Source of the DNA: a virus
Lineage: Duplodnaviria > Caudoviricetes
Virus record (IMG/VR): IMGVR_UViG_3300032212_000044
Location: 1 to 41,901 of that record
Strand: one strand, 5' to 3'
DNA length: 41,901 bases
The notes below the pieces were generated by a model. That model saw only the letters and a list, made by a program, of their open reading frames with translations. It did no database searches and was not told the DNA's origin. Positions 25,597 through 34,172 of this stretch are shown piece by piece; positions within the stretch are counted from its first letter, which is position 1, and each line of letters begins with the position of its first letter. A program made the translations under genes and the position numbers.

Positions 25597-25620
25597 TCTA
25601 TTTAACTATATAGGTGATGT

Positions 25621-26238
25621 ATGCCAATAGAAATACACGGAAAAGAGTACATAACAGTAGCCGAAAGGATTGATCAGCTTAGAAAGTCTGATGATTTCAA
25701 AGACTACGCCATAAAAACAAAGATCGTTAGCAATACAGAGTATGTGATTGTTAGGGCAAAGATCATTGATGCTACAGGTCGAGTCGTTGCTACTGGCACA
25801 GCAGAAGAGAATAGAAACAACGGACATATAAACAAAACTTCTGCATTAGAAAACTGCGAAACCTCAGCAGTAGGACGCGCCCTGGCATTCCTTGGATTTG
25901 CAGGGACAGAGATAGCAAGCGCCGATGAACTAGTTGCAGCACAAGAGCAGCAAGTTAAAAAGGCTTGCTGGGAGGCCGCTACTAACACAATGCAGGCAAC
26001 ATTAGACAACTATGAGTCTGTTGTAGCTATAAAAACAGCTATTGTATCCGAAAAACCTGATCAAGTTGTTGAGGCATGGATGGAGCTAGAAACAAATATT
26101 AAGGAATATCTGTGGAAAGCCCCATCTAAAGGCGGGCCGTTTACTACATCAGAAAGAGCTTATTTTCAAAGCTCTGAATATGTAGAGGCTAGAAATGCTT
26201 ATAATGGCTTAATTGTTGAAGAAGATAGCGATGACTGA
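25621..26238 (+). CDS. ssDNA-annealing protein (Rad52/Sak-like)
   Basis: 'HGKEYITVAERI..ATGTAEE..INKTSALENCETSAVGRALA'. Confidence 0.75.
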   Translation: MPIEIHGKEYITVAERIDQLRKSDDFKDYAIKTKIVSNTEYVIVRAKIIDATGRVVATGTAEENRNNGHINKTSALENCETSAVGRALAFLGFAGTEIASADELVAAQEQQVKKACWEAATNTMQATLDNYESVVAIKTAIVSEKPDQVVEAWMELETNIKEYLWKAPSKGGPFTTSERAYFQSSEYVEARNAYNGLIVEEDSDD

Positions 26239-26383
26239 GCGCACAGGCGAACCTGAACGAATCAGACAGAAGAAATTCAGGGATAAGAAGCGGGAAGATG
26301 GTTATATTCATCTACAGGCATGGGTAAAACACGAACACAGGAATCTTGTTAAGAAGTTTATCAAGGATCTTGAGAATAACTAA
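26231..26383 (+). CDS. Small basic DNA-binding protein (RHH-like, 50 aa)
   Basis: 'ERIRQKKFRDKKREDGYIHLQAWV' pattern. Not in the ORF track. Confidence 0.6.
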   Translation: MTERTGEPERIRQKKFRDKKREDGYIHLQAWVKHEHRNLVKKFIKDLENN

Positions 26384-26412
26384 CCGGGAGGTTTCTCCCT
26401 ATAAGGTGATTT

Positions 26413-26604
26413 ATGACCAAAAAAATAAAAGTTACAGTTTCGACTGGCTGGGCAAATGGTGATCATGTTGATTATTGGGATTTGCCTATTCACTGGGATG
26501 AGCTTGATGAAGAGCAAAAACAGATAACATTACACAGTTATGCTGAAGAATATCTACATGAAACCTGTGAATCTTATGCGGAAGTCGCTGAAGATGAAGA
26601 CTAG
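26413..26604 (+). CDS. Hypothetical acidic protein
   Basis: 63 aa, RBS AAGGTG. Confidence 0.65.
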   Translation: MTKKIKVTVSTGWANGDHVDYWDLPIHWDELDEEQKQITLHSYAEEYLHETCESYAEVAEDED

Positions 26605-26770
26605 ATACTACCTAGCCCTATTTATCTTATTATTTATAGGCTGGTCTGATTTAATCGCCTGTGGTGATGAGTGGGAGACAAGGACAGAAGAGATGCAAGC
26701 TCAGTTTGATGCAAGTATTGAGGCTGAGTGTAGATATATTAAATGTAGAGAACTTGATGAAGGCCGATAA
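26594..26770 (+). CDS. Hypothetical protein with an N-terminal hydrophobic segment
   Basis: Start placed at MKTRYYLALFILLFIG. Confidence 0.5.
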   Translation: MKTRYYLALFILLFIGWSDLIACGDEWETRTEEMQAQFDASIEAECRYIKCRELDEGR

Positions 26771-26849
26771 CTCGAAAGGAGGTGGCTAGGACACTAACGC
26801 AGGGACGCTTTACCAATAACAACGATACTTCACTTTAACCTTATTAACA

Positions 26850-26884
26850 GTCACCTTTGCGTAAGGGTGGCAACCTTCTTTTTT
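26850..26884 (+). terminator. Terminator-like hairpin between convergent operons
   Basis: GTCACCTTT-GCGT-AAGGGTGGC followed shortly by a T-rich run. Confidence 0.5.
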
Positions 26885-26962
26885 ACAGTGGATACACATC
26901 CGATTAAATTAGTAAGTATCACACACGTTATACCAATTGTTCCTAATACAAACTTCATACTA

Positions 26963-27388
26963 TCACCTCGTAGAGCCGTTACTCTTCTCCATTGTTCTCA
27001 TTCCACCTAATCCCAACATTCCTAATAATACCGGCATCATCACGGCTAGATCGATTTCAGGTGGATAAACCGGTGTTTCCATTGTAATAGTAACTATCCA
27101 TGCTATTAATGGGTGTAGGACGTACTGATAAGCCAGTGCTAGCCCGCATACCCATCCTGTAAAGGGTCGCCAGCCTGCAACAAATATAGACCTGTGCTGG
27201 GCTTCTATGGCGTTCACAGCTAATTGAGCTTTTTGGGGTTCTTGCTTAAGTCGTCCCATGACTTCTTTGTGGGTTAGACGTTCATCATCAGATGTAAACA
27301 ACCCATTAAGACCATTAGCAACAGAATCGACTGTTTTTGATACATCACCACTAAATAGACCTTTCGTTAATCGCCCTAATCCAAACAT
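26963..27388 (-). CDS. Holin (GTA 3TM-like family)
   Basis: 'FTSDDERL..VNAIEAQHRSIFVAGWRPFTGWVC..GMLGLGGMRTMEK'. Confidence 0.85.
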   Translation of the reverse strand: MFGLGRLTKGLFSGDVSKTVDSVANGLNGLFTSDDERLTHKEVMGRLKQEPQKAQLAVNAIEAQHRSIFVAGWRPFTGWVCGLALAYQYVLHPLIAWIVTITMETPVYPPEIDLAVMMPVLLGMLGLGGMRTMEKSNGSTR

Positions 27389-27397
27389 ATATCACCT

Positions 27398-27434
27398 CTA
27401 CGTTGTGTGCCTATCAATCACCAATCTTTAATAG
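27398..27434 (-). pseudogene. Decayed duplicate of the 3' end of ORF 28093-28416
   Basis: Reads LLKIGD / IDRHTT* (frameshifted) against intact LLNKISDHIDRFHTKS*. Confidence 0.45.
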
Positions 27435-27497
27435 TATAATCGGCTACAGGGCGCTACGAACGCCCATCACCTATCATAAACTTAAGAGAGTAAGCTA

Positions 27498-28103
27498 ATG
27501 ACTATAAAGAAGTGTACTAAATGTGATACAGAAAAGCCATATACTGATTTTAACAAAGACTCATTGAAATCAGATGGATTGCGGCCAGAATGCCGTAAAT
27601 GTCAAAACAAAAGAGAAAGCTTGTATAGAAAAACCAAGTTAGGATTTATCGAAAGAATGTATGCACAACAATGTGCAAGATCTAAAAGAAGAAATCATAA
27701 TTTACCGAGTTATACATTAAAAGAATTAACGGCTTGGATTTTAAATAAAGATATATTCCATATATTATTTGATGAATGGGAAAAATCAAACCATAATAAA
27801 GACTTATCTCCGTCTATAGATAGAATAGACGATTCTATCGGATACTCATTTTCTAATATAAGGATAGTTACTTGGGCAGAGAATAATACAAAAGGGAACT
27901 ACGACAGAAGAAACGGAAATAATAATAAGGCTAGCTCAAATGTCATACAAATGGATTTTTTCTGCAATATAATTGCCTACCATTATTCAATAGCAAGCGC
28001 AGCAAGGGAAACAGGTATTAACAGGGGGAGCATAAATAAATGCTGTTTAGTAAAGCAAAAACAGGCCGGTGGATTTTATTGGATAAAAAACATTAGCTCT
28101 TAG
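27498..28103 (+). mobile_element. Free-standing HNH-type homing endonuclease (Zn finger plus NUMOD1-like), inverted
   Basis: 'CTKC..CRKC', 'SPSIDRIDDSIGYSFSNIRIVTWAEN', 'SIASAARETGI'. AT-rich, own TATAAT at 27435-27440. Confidence 0.8.
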
Positions 28104-28416
28104 TATGAAATCTATCTATGTGATCAGATATTTTATTTAATAATCCTTTTTCTGCATTCGTTATCCTGTCATGACAGTCATAGGCTGATTTACGTGTCTC
28201 CTTGTTATATGACGCCTGATTACCTATTTTGTCCTCTAACTCCGTTCGGCATTCTTTAACATTAGCATAGAGCCTGTCTATTCGGTCATCCAATCGTCTG
28301 AAAAGCATCTTACCAAGCCAATATAATAACGTACCCAAAGCGGCAAATAGCGTACTAGTCAGGCTCACCATCATTATTACTAGAAACGTCTGATCGATCA
28401 CTATTGTCTCTGCCAT
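28093..28416 (-). CDS. Membrane protein (single TM plus coiled coil), lysis region
   Basis: N-terminal hydrophobic helix and charged C-terminus. Confidence 0.65.
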   Translation of the reverse strand: MAETIVIDQTFLVIMMVSLTSTLFAALGTLLYWLGKMLFRRLDDRIDRLYANVKECRTELEDKIGNQASYNKETRKSAYDCHDRITNAEKGLLNKISDHIDRFHTKS

Positions 28417-28418
28417 CG

Positions 28419-28901
28419 TTAAGCTCTCTTATGACCGCTAAAATCAAGATAGCGGCGAATAAAATTAGGATTGTTCCAATGACCACTAATGACTCCAATC
28501 AGCCCAATAATAAGCTGTACAACGGATATTCCTGTCATCATGAACTCATAATTCTCAGCTTCAATTCCTAACAGAGCTAATACCATCACATAAAATAGAT
28601 ACCCCATAATAATAGCTGACATTGCACTTAATGCCCGGCATTTAAATTCTAAGTAGGTTAAAAGGAATACAGACTGAAGCAAAAACTTAATGGAATAAAA
28701 CCAGGAATTGTGCTCAATTGTCGGGAATAAATCATGTTCAGATTCAAGGACAAAGGTCTGATAACCCGTCATCACAAGAAACTCAACAAATAAAATAATC
28801 CCTACATATCTGTATTTAGTCGGAAGAGCGCCTAATGCAATCAATCCAGCAGCGATCAAGAAATATATCTCGCCTGTTGTGATTGTGTCTATAATGTTCA
28901 T
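28419..28901 (-). CDS. Multi-pass membrane protein
   Basis: About 5 hydrophobic segments in 160 aa. Confidence 0.75.
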   Translation of the reverse strand: MNIIDTITTGEIYFLIAAGLIALGALPTKYRYVGIILFVEFLVMTGYQTFVLESEHDLFPTIEHNSWFYSIKFLLQSVFLLTYLEFKCRALSAMSAIIMGYLFYVMVLALLGIEAENYEFMMTGISVVQLIIGLIGVISGHWNNPNFIRRYLDFSGHKRA

Positions 28902-28951
28902 TATCTAGGCTTTCTGACTTTCTTCTTCTTTGGTTTACGATTACCCGCCAT
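28901..28951 (-). CDS. 16-aa Lys/Arg-rich micropeptide
   Basis: MAGNRKPKKKKVRKPR*, RBS GGGGA, TAATG overlap with the next gene. Confidence 0.6.
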   Translation of the reverse strand: MAGNRKPKKKKVRKPR

Positions 28952-28952
28952 A

Positions 28953-29375
28953 TCAATCCCCTAAAAGGTTAGTTTTCCAGTCATCAACAATTACCAATCT
29001 AAACTCTATATCGTTTGATAATATTGCTTTAAATTCATTATACCCCTGTTTTGAGTTAAGCACTCCGCTTTCGCCGTCAAGCTTGCCAAATTGTTCAGCA
29101 ACGCCAATACATCCCAGTAAGTCTCTCAGCCTATTTGCCTTATGGAATAAGATATGAGTACGCCCTGGAACATTCGTGACTTCAAAAGTATCTCCAAACT
29201 TAGGAGATGACACCCGTTTACAGATATATTCACCTGATGGAATGCAAGAAACCATAGGCTTGTTATCTAGCCAAGGCAATTCCAAAGTTACGGCAAAAGG
29301 AGCGTTCTCAAATACCAGATTACCAAAGGTACCCTGATCACCTGTGGTTATACGTCTAATGATTAATGTCTTCAT
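28953..29375 (-). CDS. DUF5675-like protein (candidate endolysin)
   Basis: 'TLELPW..N..SCIP.G.Y..VPGRTHILFHKAN..GCIGV'. Confidence 0.75.
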   Translation of the reverse strand: MKTLIIRRITTGDQGTFGNLVFENAPFAVTLELPWLDNKPMVSCIPSGEYICKRVSSPKFGDTFEVTNVPGRTHILFHKANRLRDLLGCIGVAEQFGKLDGESGVLNSKQGYNEFKAILSNDIEFRLVIVDDWKTNLLGD

Positions 29376-31393
29376 GCTGTTGCCGTCTCATACCAAATAC
29401 CGCCGATACTTGTAAACTCGTATACTACATTCACTGTCATCGCCTTATTTGCTCCTGTTGAGGTTTTTAATGTTCCACCGTTAACCAATGTAGCTGCATG
29501 TAAAGCTAATATTTTAAACGAGTCCCCATCCCCAACACTACCAGTAAATGCTGTTAATGCTGTTAGATCAGCTGTTTTGAATGTTCTACCGTTAGCAATA
29601 GAAGGGTTTGTTGTAGCTAGTGGAAAGGTTTCCGCTGCTATTTTTGCCAAACCATTGTTAATAACAGGCTTATTGATACTATAGTCGGTTATTCCACTTC
29701 CAGTCACCCTATTGCCATCTATAAGCATGTCAGTTTCACTAACTAGATTGGCAATACGAACACCAGCATGAGCAACATTTAAATCAGTGTTGTTATCTTT
29801 TATCTTGTTACCATGAATAATCAAATCATCACTAGTGTATACAAAAATACCAGATAACCCGCTTTCACTTATCTTGTTACCGATAATAGTAATATCTTCA
29901 CAAGTATCACCTACTTCTATCCCTGATTGAGCATTATTCTTAATTGTGTTGCCTGTAAGGGTGATCCCAGAGACCAGAGTTCCACCGGCTTTTGCCATCC
30001 AGATGCCCTGAGCAGTTCCATCTGTGATTGTATTTCCTGTAACAGATACGTTCTGATTGTCTTGATTTGAGCTACCAATGCCTATACCAGCTCTAGTTGA
30101 GGAGGTTATCTTATTGCCTGTAACCGTACCATCTTGACCTCCACCAATTTCTATCCCGTAGCCAATTGAACCCGAAACAAGGTTATTAGCGCAAACAAAG
30201 TCATTGCAGTTATCCATAGAAATACAATGTGTACTGACACCTAAAGCAGCAGGGTTACAAATAACCCGGTTATCAATAACTCGATGATTAACCGCTGTTC
30301 GACCTGTAGTAATACCGGGTCGATCGGCTAAATCAAGTGCAAAGTCTTCTACATGGTTTCTGGCAATTAACGTATTATCTACGTAATCCTGACAGTGGAT
30401 ACCCATTGTGCCGGTGTTCTTAACTACATTATCAATTATTCTTATATCGTCATCATGAGCTAATGTCTGAGCAAGTATTAATATCCCAGCACCCCCCATG
30501 TTATTGATCAACATATTAGATATTTCAATATCTGTTGAGCTGTTCCCGTTAGCTACTCCATAAATACCTTCATTAGTTAGCCCGGTGTAGGTCGTTTTGT
30601 TACCGTCTATCTGGAAGTTATGGATAGTTACATTGCTTACGTTATCAAACTCAATAACGGAAACATTAGCACCTAATTTCAGGATAGAGTTATGACCAAA
30701 CCCTTCAATGACTTGATTTGAATTCATATCAAGGTTTGAAGTGATAATACTTGTTCCGACTGATAACTTAACATTCGATACGGCATTTAATGCAGCTTGT
30801 ATAAACGTTGTATCATCAGTAACCCCGTCAGCCTTAGCACCTGCCTGCATAGATGTTTTAAAGTCCAAAGATACGCTCTTCCAACGACCTGTAATAACTC
30901 CCGTCACTTGAAATATAGTCACGTCATTAGCGGTCTCTGTGCTAGCAGCGTCCCAGAATAATTCCTGGTCGCCCCCAACAATACCGTCATAATAAGACTG
31001 TAAACTAGCTCTTTGGTTATCAAATTCGCCCTCAAATAGCTTTAGAGCAGCTACATTGCCAATCGGAATTACACTATTTTTAGAGGGATCGGCATTTAAA
31101 TTGTCTGCGAACTGGATTGCATTAGTCGTGTCGTCAAAGTCTGCTTCGCTCTCAGTCGGGAATAACCAAAGATCATAATCGCCATTGATAAAGGGGATAA
31201 ATCTAGCGGCCCCTGCTGTTATAGGGAAGCCTTCTGAGTCAAGCTGGCATTTAGCTAGCAACGTACCGGCCGTCGCATCAGTCGCCATACTTAAAGGTGT
31301 GACTGTGCCCTGTTCATAGGCTTTTAACCACCAACTAGACAGAGTCTCGCTATCATACTGTGGAATTGTTAGTGCTATTGGTGCGTAAGACAT
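29372..31393 (-). CDS. Tailspike with a right-handed beta-helix (putative depolymerase)
   Basis: 'GAKADGVTDDT..IQAA' followed by many 'ITGNTI'-type repeats. Confidence 0.88.
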   Translation of the reverse strand: MSYAPIALTIPQYDSETLSSWWLKAYEQGTVTPLSMATDATAGTLLAKCQLDSEGFPITAGAARFIPFINGDYDLWLFPTESEADFDDTTNAIQFADNLNADPSKNSVIPIGNVAALKLFEGEFDNQRASLQSYYDGIVGGDQELFWDAASTETANDVTIFQVTGVITGRWKSVSLDFKTSMQAGAKADGVTDDTTFIQAALNAVSNVKLSVGTSIITSNLDMNSNQVIEGFGHNSILKLGANVSVIEFDNVSNVTIHNFQIDGNKTTYTGLTNEGIYGVANGNSSTDIEISNMLINNMGGAGILILAQTLAHDDDIRIIDNVVKNTGTMGIHCQDYVDNTLIARNHVEDFALDLADRPGITTGRTAVNHRVIDNRVICNPAALGVSTHCISMDNCNDFVCANNLVSGSIGYGIEIGGGQDGTVTGNKITSSTRAGIGIGSSNQDNQNVSVTGNTITDGTAQGIWMAKAGGTLVSGITLTGNTIKNNAQSGIEVGDTCEDITIIGNKISESGLSGIFVYTSDDLIIHGNKIKDNNTDLNVAHAGVRIANLVSETDMLIDGNRVTGSGITDYSINKPVINNGLAKIAAETFPLATTNPSIANGRTFKTADLTALTAFTGSVGDGDSFKILALHAATLVNGGTLKTSTGANKAMTVNVVYEFTSIGGIWYETATA

Positions 31394-31434
31394 TTGTTTA
31401 ACCTCGTATATATTGAAGTTTTATTCATTACTAT

Positions 31435-32358
31435 TCATGAGGCCGTATGGTATGTTCCTGTGAAAGACATATCACCACCGTTTGACTCGGTTATAGTTAA
31501 ACTACTTATTCCTCCAGTAACATCCCATTTATTCAGGTTTATTCTGGTTTCAGTAAGGCCAATATGACCGGAAACATATTCCCCCGCTGTAATACTCATA
31601 GCGTTTCCTCTGCCTAGTGATATAGTGCCTATTAGATTTCCCGCGCTGGTGAATGGAAGGCCAGCTATATAGGCTGGGTCTCCGCCTGTGAGAGCACCTA
31701 AAGAAGTTAAGGATATTCTTCCGCTTATAAATACCGTTGTCCCAATTTTCGTATATTTACCTTCTTGCACTCCATATGTCTGACCCTCTGCGTCACTTGC
31801 TGAAAAGTCTTGTAATGTAGGAGTCCAATCCCCAGATATTGGTGCAGCAGCAGCTACTTGTGCATCCACGTAAGCCTTTATAGATTGCTGTGATGCGGCA
31901 ACAGTAGCGCTATCAGAAACCATATCATCTTCATCTAAAAAACCTGTTCCGCTTAATGTGCCATTCAAGACAGGACTAGTTAGAGTCTTATTGGTTAATG
32001 TCTCAGCTCCGGTTAACGTAACTAATGTTGCGTACGGAATTCCACTTTCTGGATCAGCGTTTACATTATCAGCAAATTGCACCGCATTAGTCGTGTCATT
32101 TGTATTGGCCTCTACTTCAGTAGGGAATAGCCATAAATCATAATCACCATCGATAAAAGGCGTAAATCTTACAGCTCCAGCGGTCAAAGGGTAGCCACTT
32201 GTATCTAATTGAGCCTTAACCAATAACGTCCCGCCTGTGGCATCAGTGGCCATGCTTAAAGGCGTGGTGGTTCCTTGCTGGTAAGCCTTTAGCCACCAGC
32301 TAGCATATACGTCTTTATCATATTGAGGCATGGTTAGTGCAATAGGTGCATAGGCCAT
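31435..32358 (-). CDS. Short tail fibre / second receptor-binding protein
   Basis: N-terminal ~105 aa shared with the tailspike. 'TLTNKTLTSP', 'LDEDDM.SDS..SQQSIKAYVD', 'WTPTL..GKYTKIG'. Confidence 0.8.
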   Translation of the reverse strand: MAYAPIALTMPQYDKDVYASWWLKAYQQGTTTPLSMATDATGGTLLVKAQLDTSGYPLTAGAVRFTPFIDGDYDLWLFPTEVEANTNDTTNAVQFADNVNADPESGIPYATLVTLTGAETLTNKTLTSPVLNGTLSGTGFLDEDDMVSDSATVAASQQSIKAYVDAQVAAAAPISGDWTPTLQDFSASDAEGQTYGVQEGKYTKIGTTVFISGRISLTSLGALTGGDPAYIAGLPFTSAGNLIGTISLGRGNAMSITAGEYVSGHIGLTETRINLNKWDVTGGISSLTITESNGGDMSFTGTYHTAS

Positions 32359-34172
32359 TATTGATCCCCTTCCTGTGATTCTTCCTGCTGCTTTCTTATT
32401 GCATTAGCAAAAAACACAGCATCTGTTATTAGCTTTTTAACTTTTGGAGGGAATCCGCCTGATTTTATATTTATTTTATTCAAAGCAACATCTGGCCTTA
32501 GTAATAACTCTGTCAATTCTGCCGCGCTTCTGTCTCTTGCCGGTATGCCTTTAATATATGCTTTTGCGATACGAGACCCATTACTTCCTGCCTTAACTAT
32601 TAAATTAGCCGCATTAGCGTTATTTCTTGTTAACTTTTGCGCTAAATTTCTGGATACTTGCCCAATCAAAGGAACTGCTACAGCACCAGCAGGCCCACCA
32701 GCAGCAGCACCACCAGCAACACCTAGCGAACCCATAAGCATATTAGAAGCCTGCCCCTCACTAAATCCAAATCTACCTATCATTTTAGCCATGTTCTCAG
32801 CAGATCCGCCTCTTACAATTTTTCGCATTGCGGCTAATTCTGGCGCAGTAAATCCAGCCGATTTCCTTTTATTGTTTAAAATCTGCCTAAACTGTGTTCT
32901 TAATCCGTTTTCAAATCCAGTCGCTTGATTTCTGGCCTTCTCAAATGCTTCTTCAATTAATTCTGATTTTTTAGCCCTTCTCCATAACTGCCTTGCATCT
33001 CTATACTTTGCGCCAACCTTTCCTTTCCCCTTCTTAAAATCAGCAGGCTTTAGGTTGTCCAAAAAATCATCAATCTTGTTGACCATAAGCGTTCCCAATC
33101 TCTTTTCTTCAGGCTCTACGCTGTTTGATGCGGCTTTAGTTATTTTCCTTAGTGTGTCTATTTGTGTAACAGTCTGGTCTCTTCCTGCAACAGAGTTAAA
33201 CTCATCAAGCGCAGCACTAACTTTTGGATGTATCCTTCTGTTAAACCCCTCTTTTCTGGTTATTGACGCGAGTTGATTTCCCAATCTATCAACGCGGCTA
33301 GAATTAACAACAGCACCAAGGTTATCAATTTCTTTATACACTCCTCTTGCAGCAGTTTTCAGCCCTTCAATAGTGGGAGCCGCCTCGCTTAACAGCTTCT
33401 TAGCGCTCTGAGTGGCTAATTTTTTACCTGTCTGTGTGATTATAGTACCAGACACAGGGACTAATATGCCGCCAGCTAATTGGCCAATAGCTTTTCCAGT
33501 CTCGCCAGTTCCGCCTAATGCAACATCAGCAGCTTCGCCAGCCTCACCACCTGCAACCAAGCCAGCACCAGACAGAGCCGCCCCTGTTACGTCCTGAGCC
33601 GGTGCTGTTGCACCTAACTGCCCTGTAACCCTCTGTCCTAGTGTTTGTGCGCCTGCTTGAACTGCTGGAACGGCCTTGGCCGCTGTTCTTAATGCTTGGC
33701 CACCAACAGCGCCAGGAGCCACTAACTCACCACTTGCTCTTAATATATCTCTTTTTAATCCCGGCTCTACAAATTCACCCTTTATCGCGCCTTCAAAGGT
33801 CTCAGCTACTGTGGGTATTCTTTCTTCTTGTGGAACCCCTGCTATCTGCTGAACTGCCCTAGCTGGCTTGGTTGTGAAGAAATCGACAAGATTAGCAGCA
33901 CCCCGATTCACGGCCGCGCCAAATTCAGCCAATTCTGATCCACCGGGAGCGTCTAAAATGGCCTGTCTTAATTGATCTAACATAGCTGGCGTAGGCTCTT
34001 CTTGCTGTTGTGTTTCACTTGGAACGAGCTGATCAGCCTGTTGAGGCTCATTAAATTGGCCGCCTCGCACCATAGATTGTATTTGAGCTTGCGCCTGTTC
34101 TGGCGTAGTGCCATCGGGAACCTCAAATCTCGCTATTCTTCCATCTGGCATTTCAAACCTTGCTATTGGCAT
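32358..34172 (-). CDS. DNA ejection / internal virion protein (P22 gp16 position)
   Basis: 604 aa, Ala/Gly-rich and helical, 'MPDGR..EVPDGTTPEQ' start, third of the ejection trio. Confidence 0.7.
   Translation of the reverse strand: MPIARFEMPDGRIARFEVPDGTTPEQAQAQIQSMVRGGQFNEPQQADQLVPSETQQQEEPTPAMLDQLRQAILDAPGGSELAEFGAAVNRGAANLVDFFTTKPARAVQQIAGVPQEERIPTVAETFEGAIKGEFVEPGLKRDILRASGELVAPGAVGGQALRTAAKAVPAVQAGAQTLGQRVTGQLGATAPAQDVTGAALSGAGLVAGGEAGEAADVALGGTGETGKAIGQLAGGILVPVSGTIITQTGKKLATQSAKKLLSEAAPTIEGLKTAARGVYKEIDNLGAVVNSSRVDRLGNQLASITRKEGFNRRIHPKVSAALDEFNSVAGRDQTVTQIDTLRKITKAASNSVEPEEKRLGTLMVNKIDDFLDNLKPADFKKGKGKVGAKYRDARQLWRRAKKSELIEEAFEKARNQATGFENGLRTQFRQILNNKRKSAGFTAPELAAMRKIVRGGSAENMAKMIGRFGFSEGQASNMLMGSLGVAGGAAAGGPAGAVAVPLIGQVSRNLAQKLTRNNANAANLIVKAGSNGSRIAKAYIKGIPARDRSAAELTELLLRPDVALNKINIKSGGFPPKVKKLITDAVFFANAIRKQQEESQEGDQ

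Noticed and set aside
21609-26392. Near-repeat TAACTAACCGG(G)AGGT at 21609 and 26377
   Set aside because: Short, imperfect and partly an SD-like sequence, so it cannot be distinguished from chance
29372-32358. Diversity-generating retroelement, suggested by the BPP-1-like capsid
   Set aside because: No reverse transcriptase, and no template/variable repeat pair differing at adenines was seen. The only duplication is the N-terminal anchor
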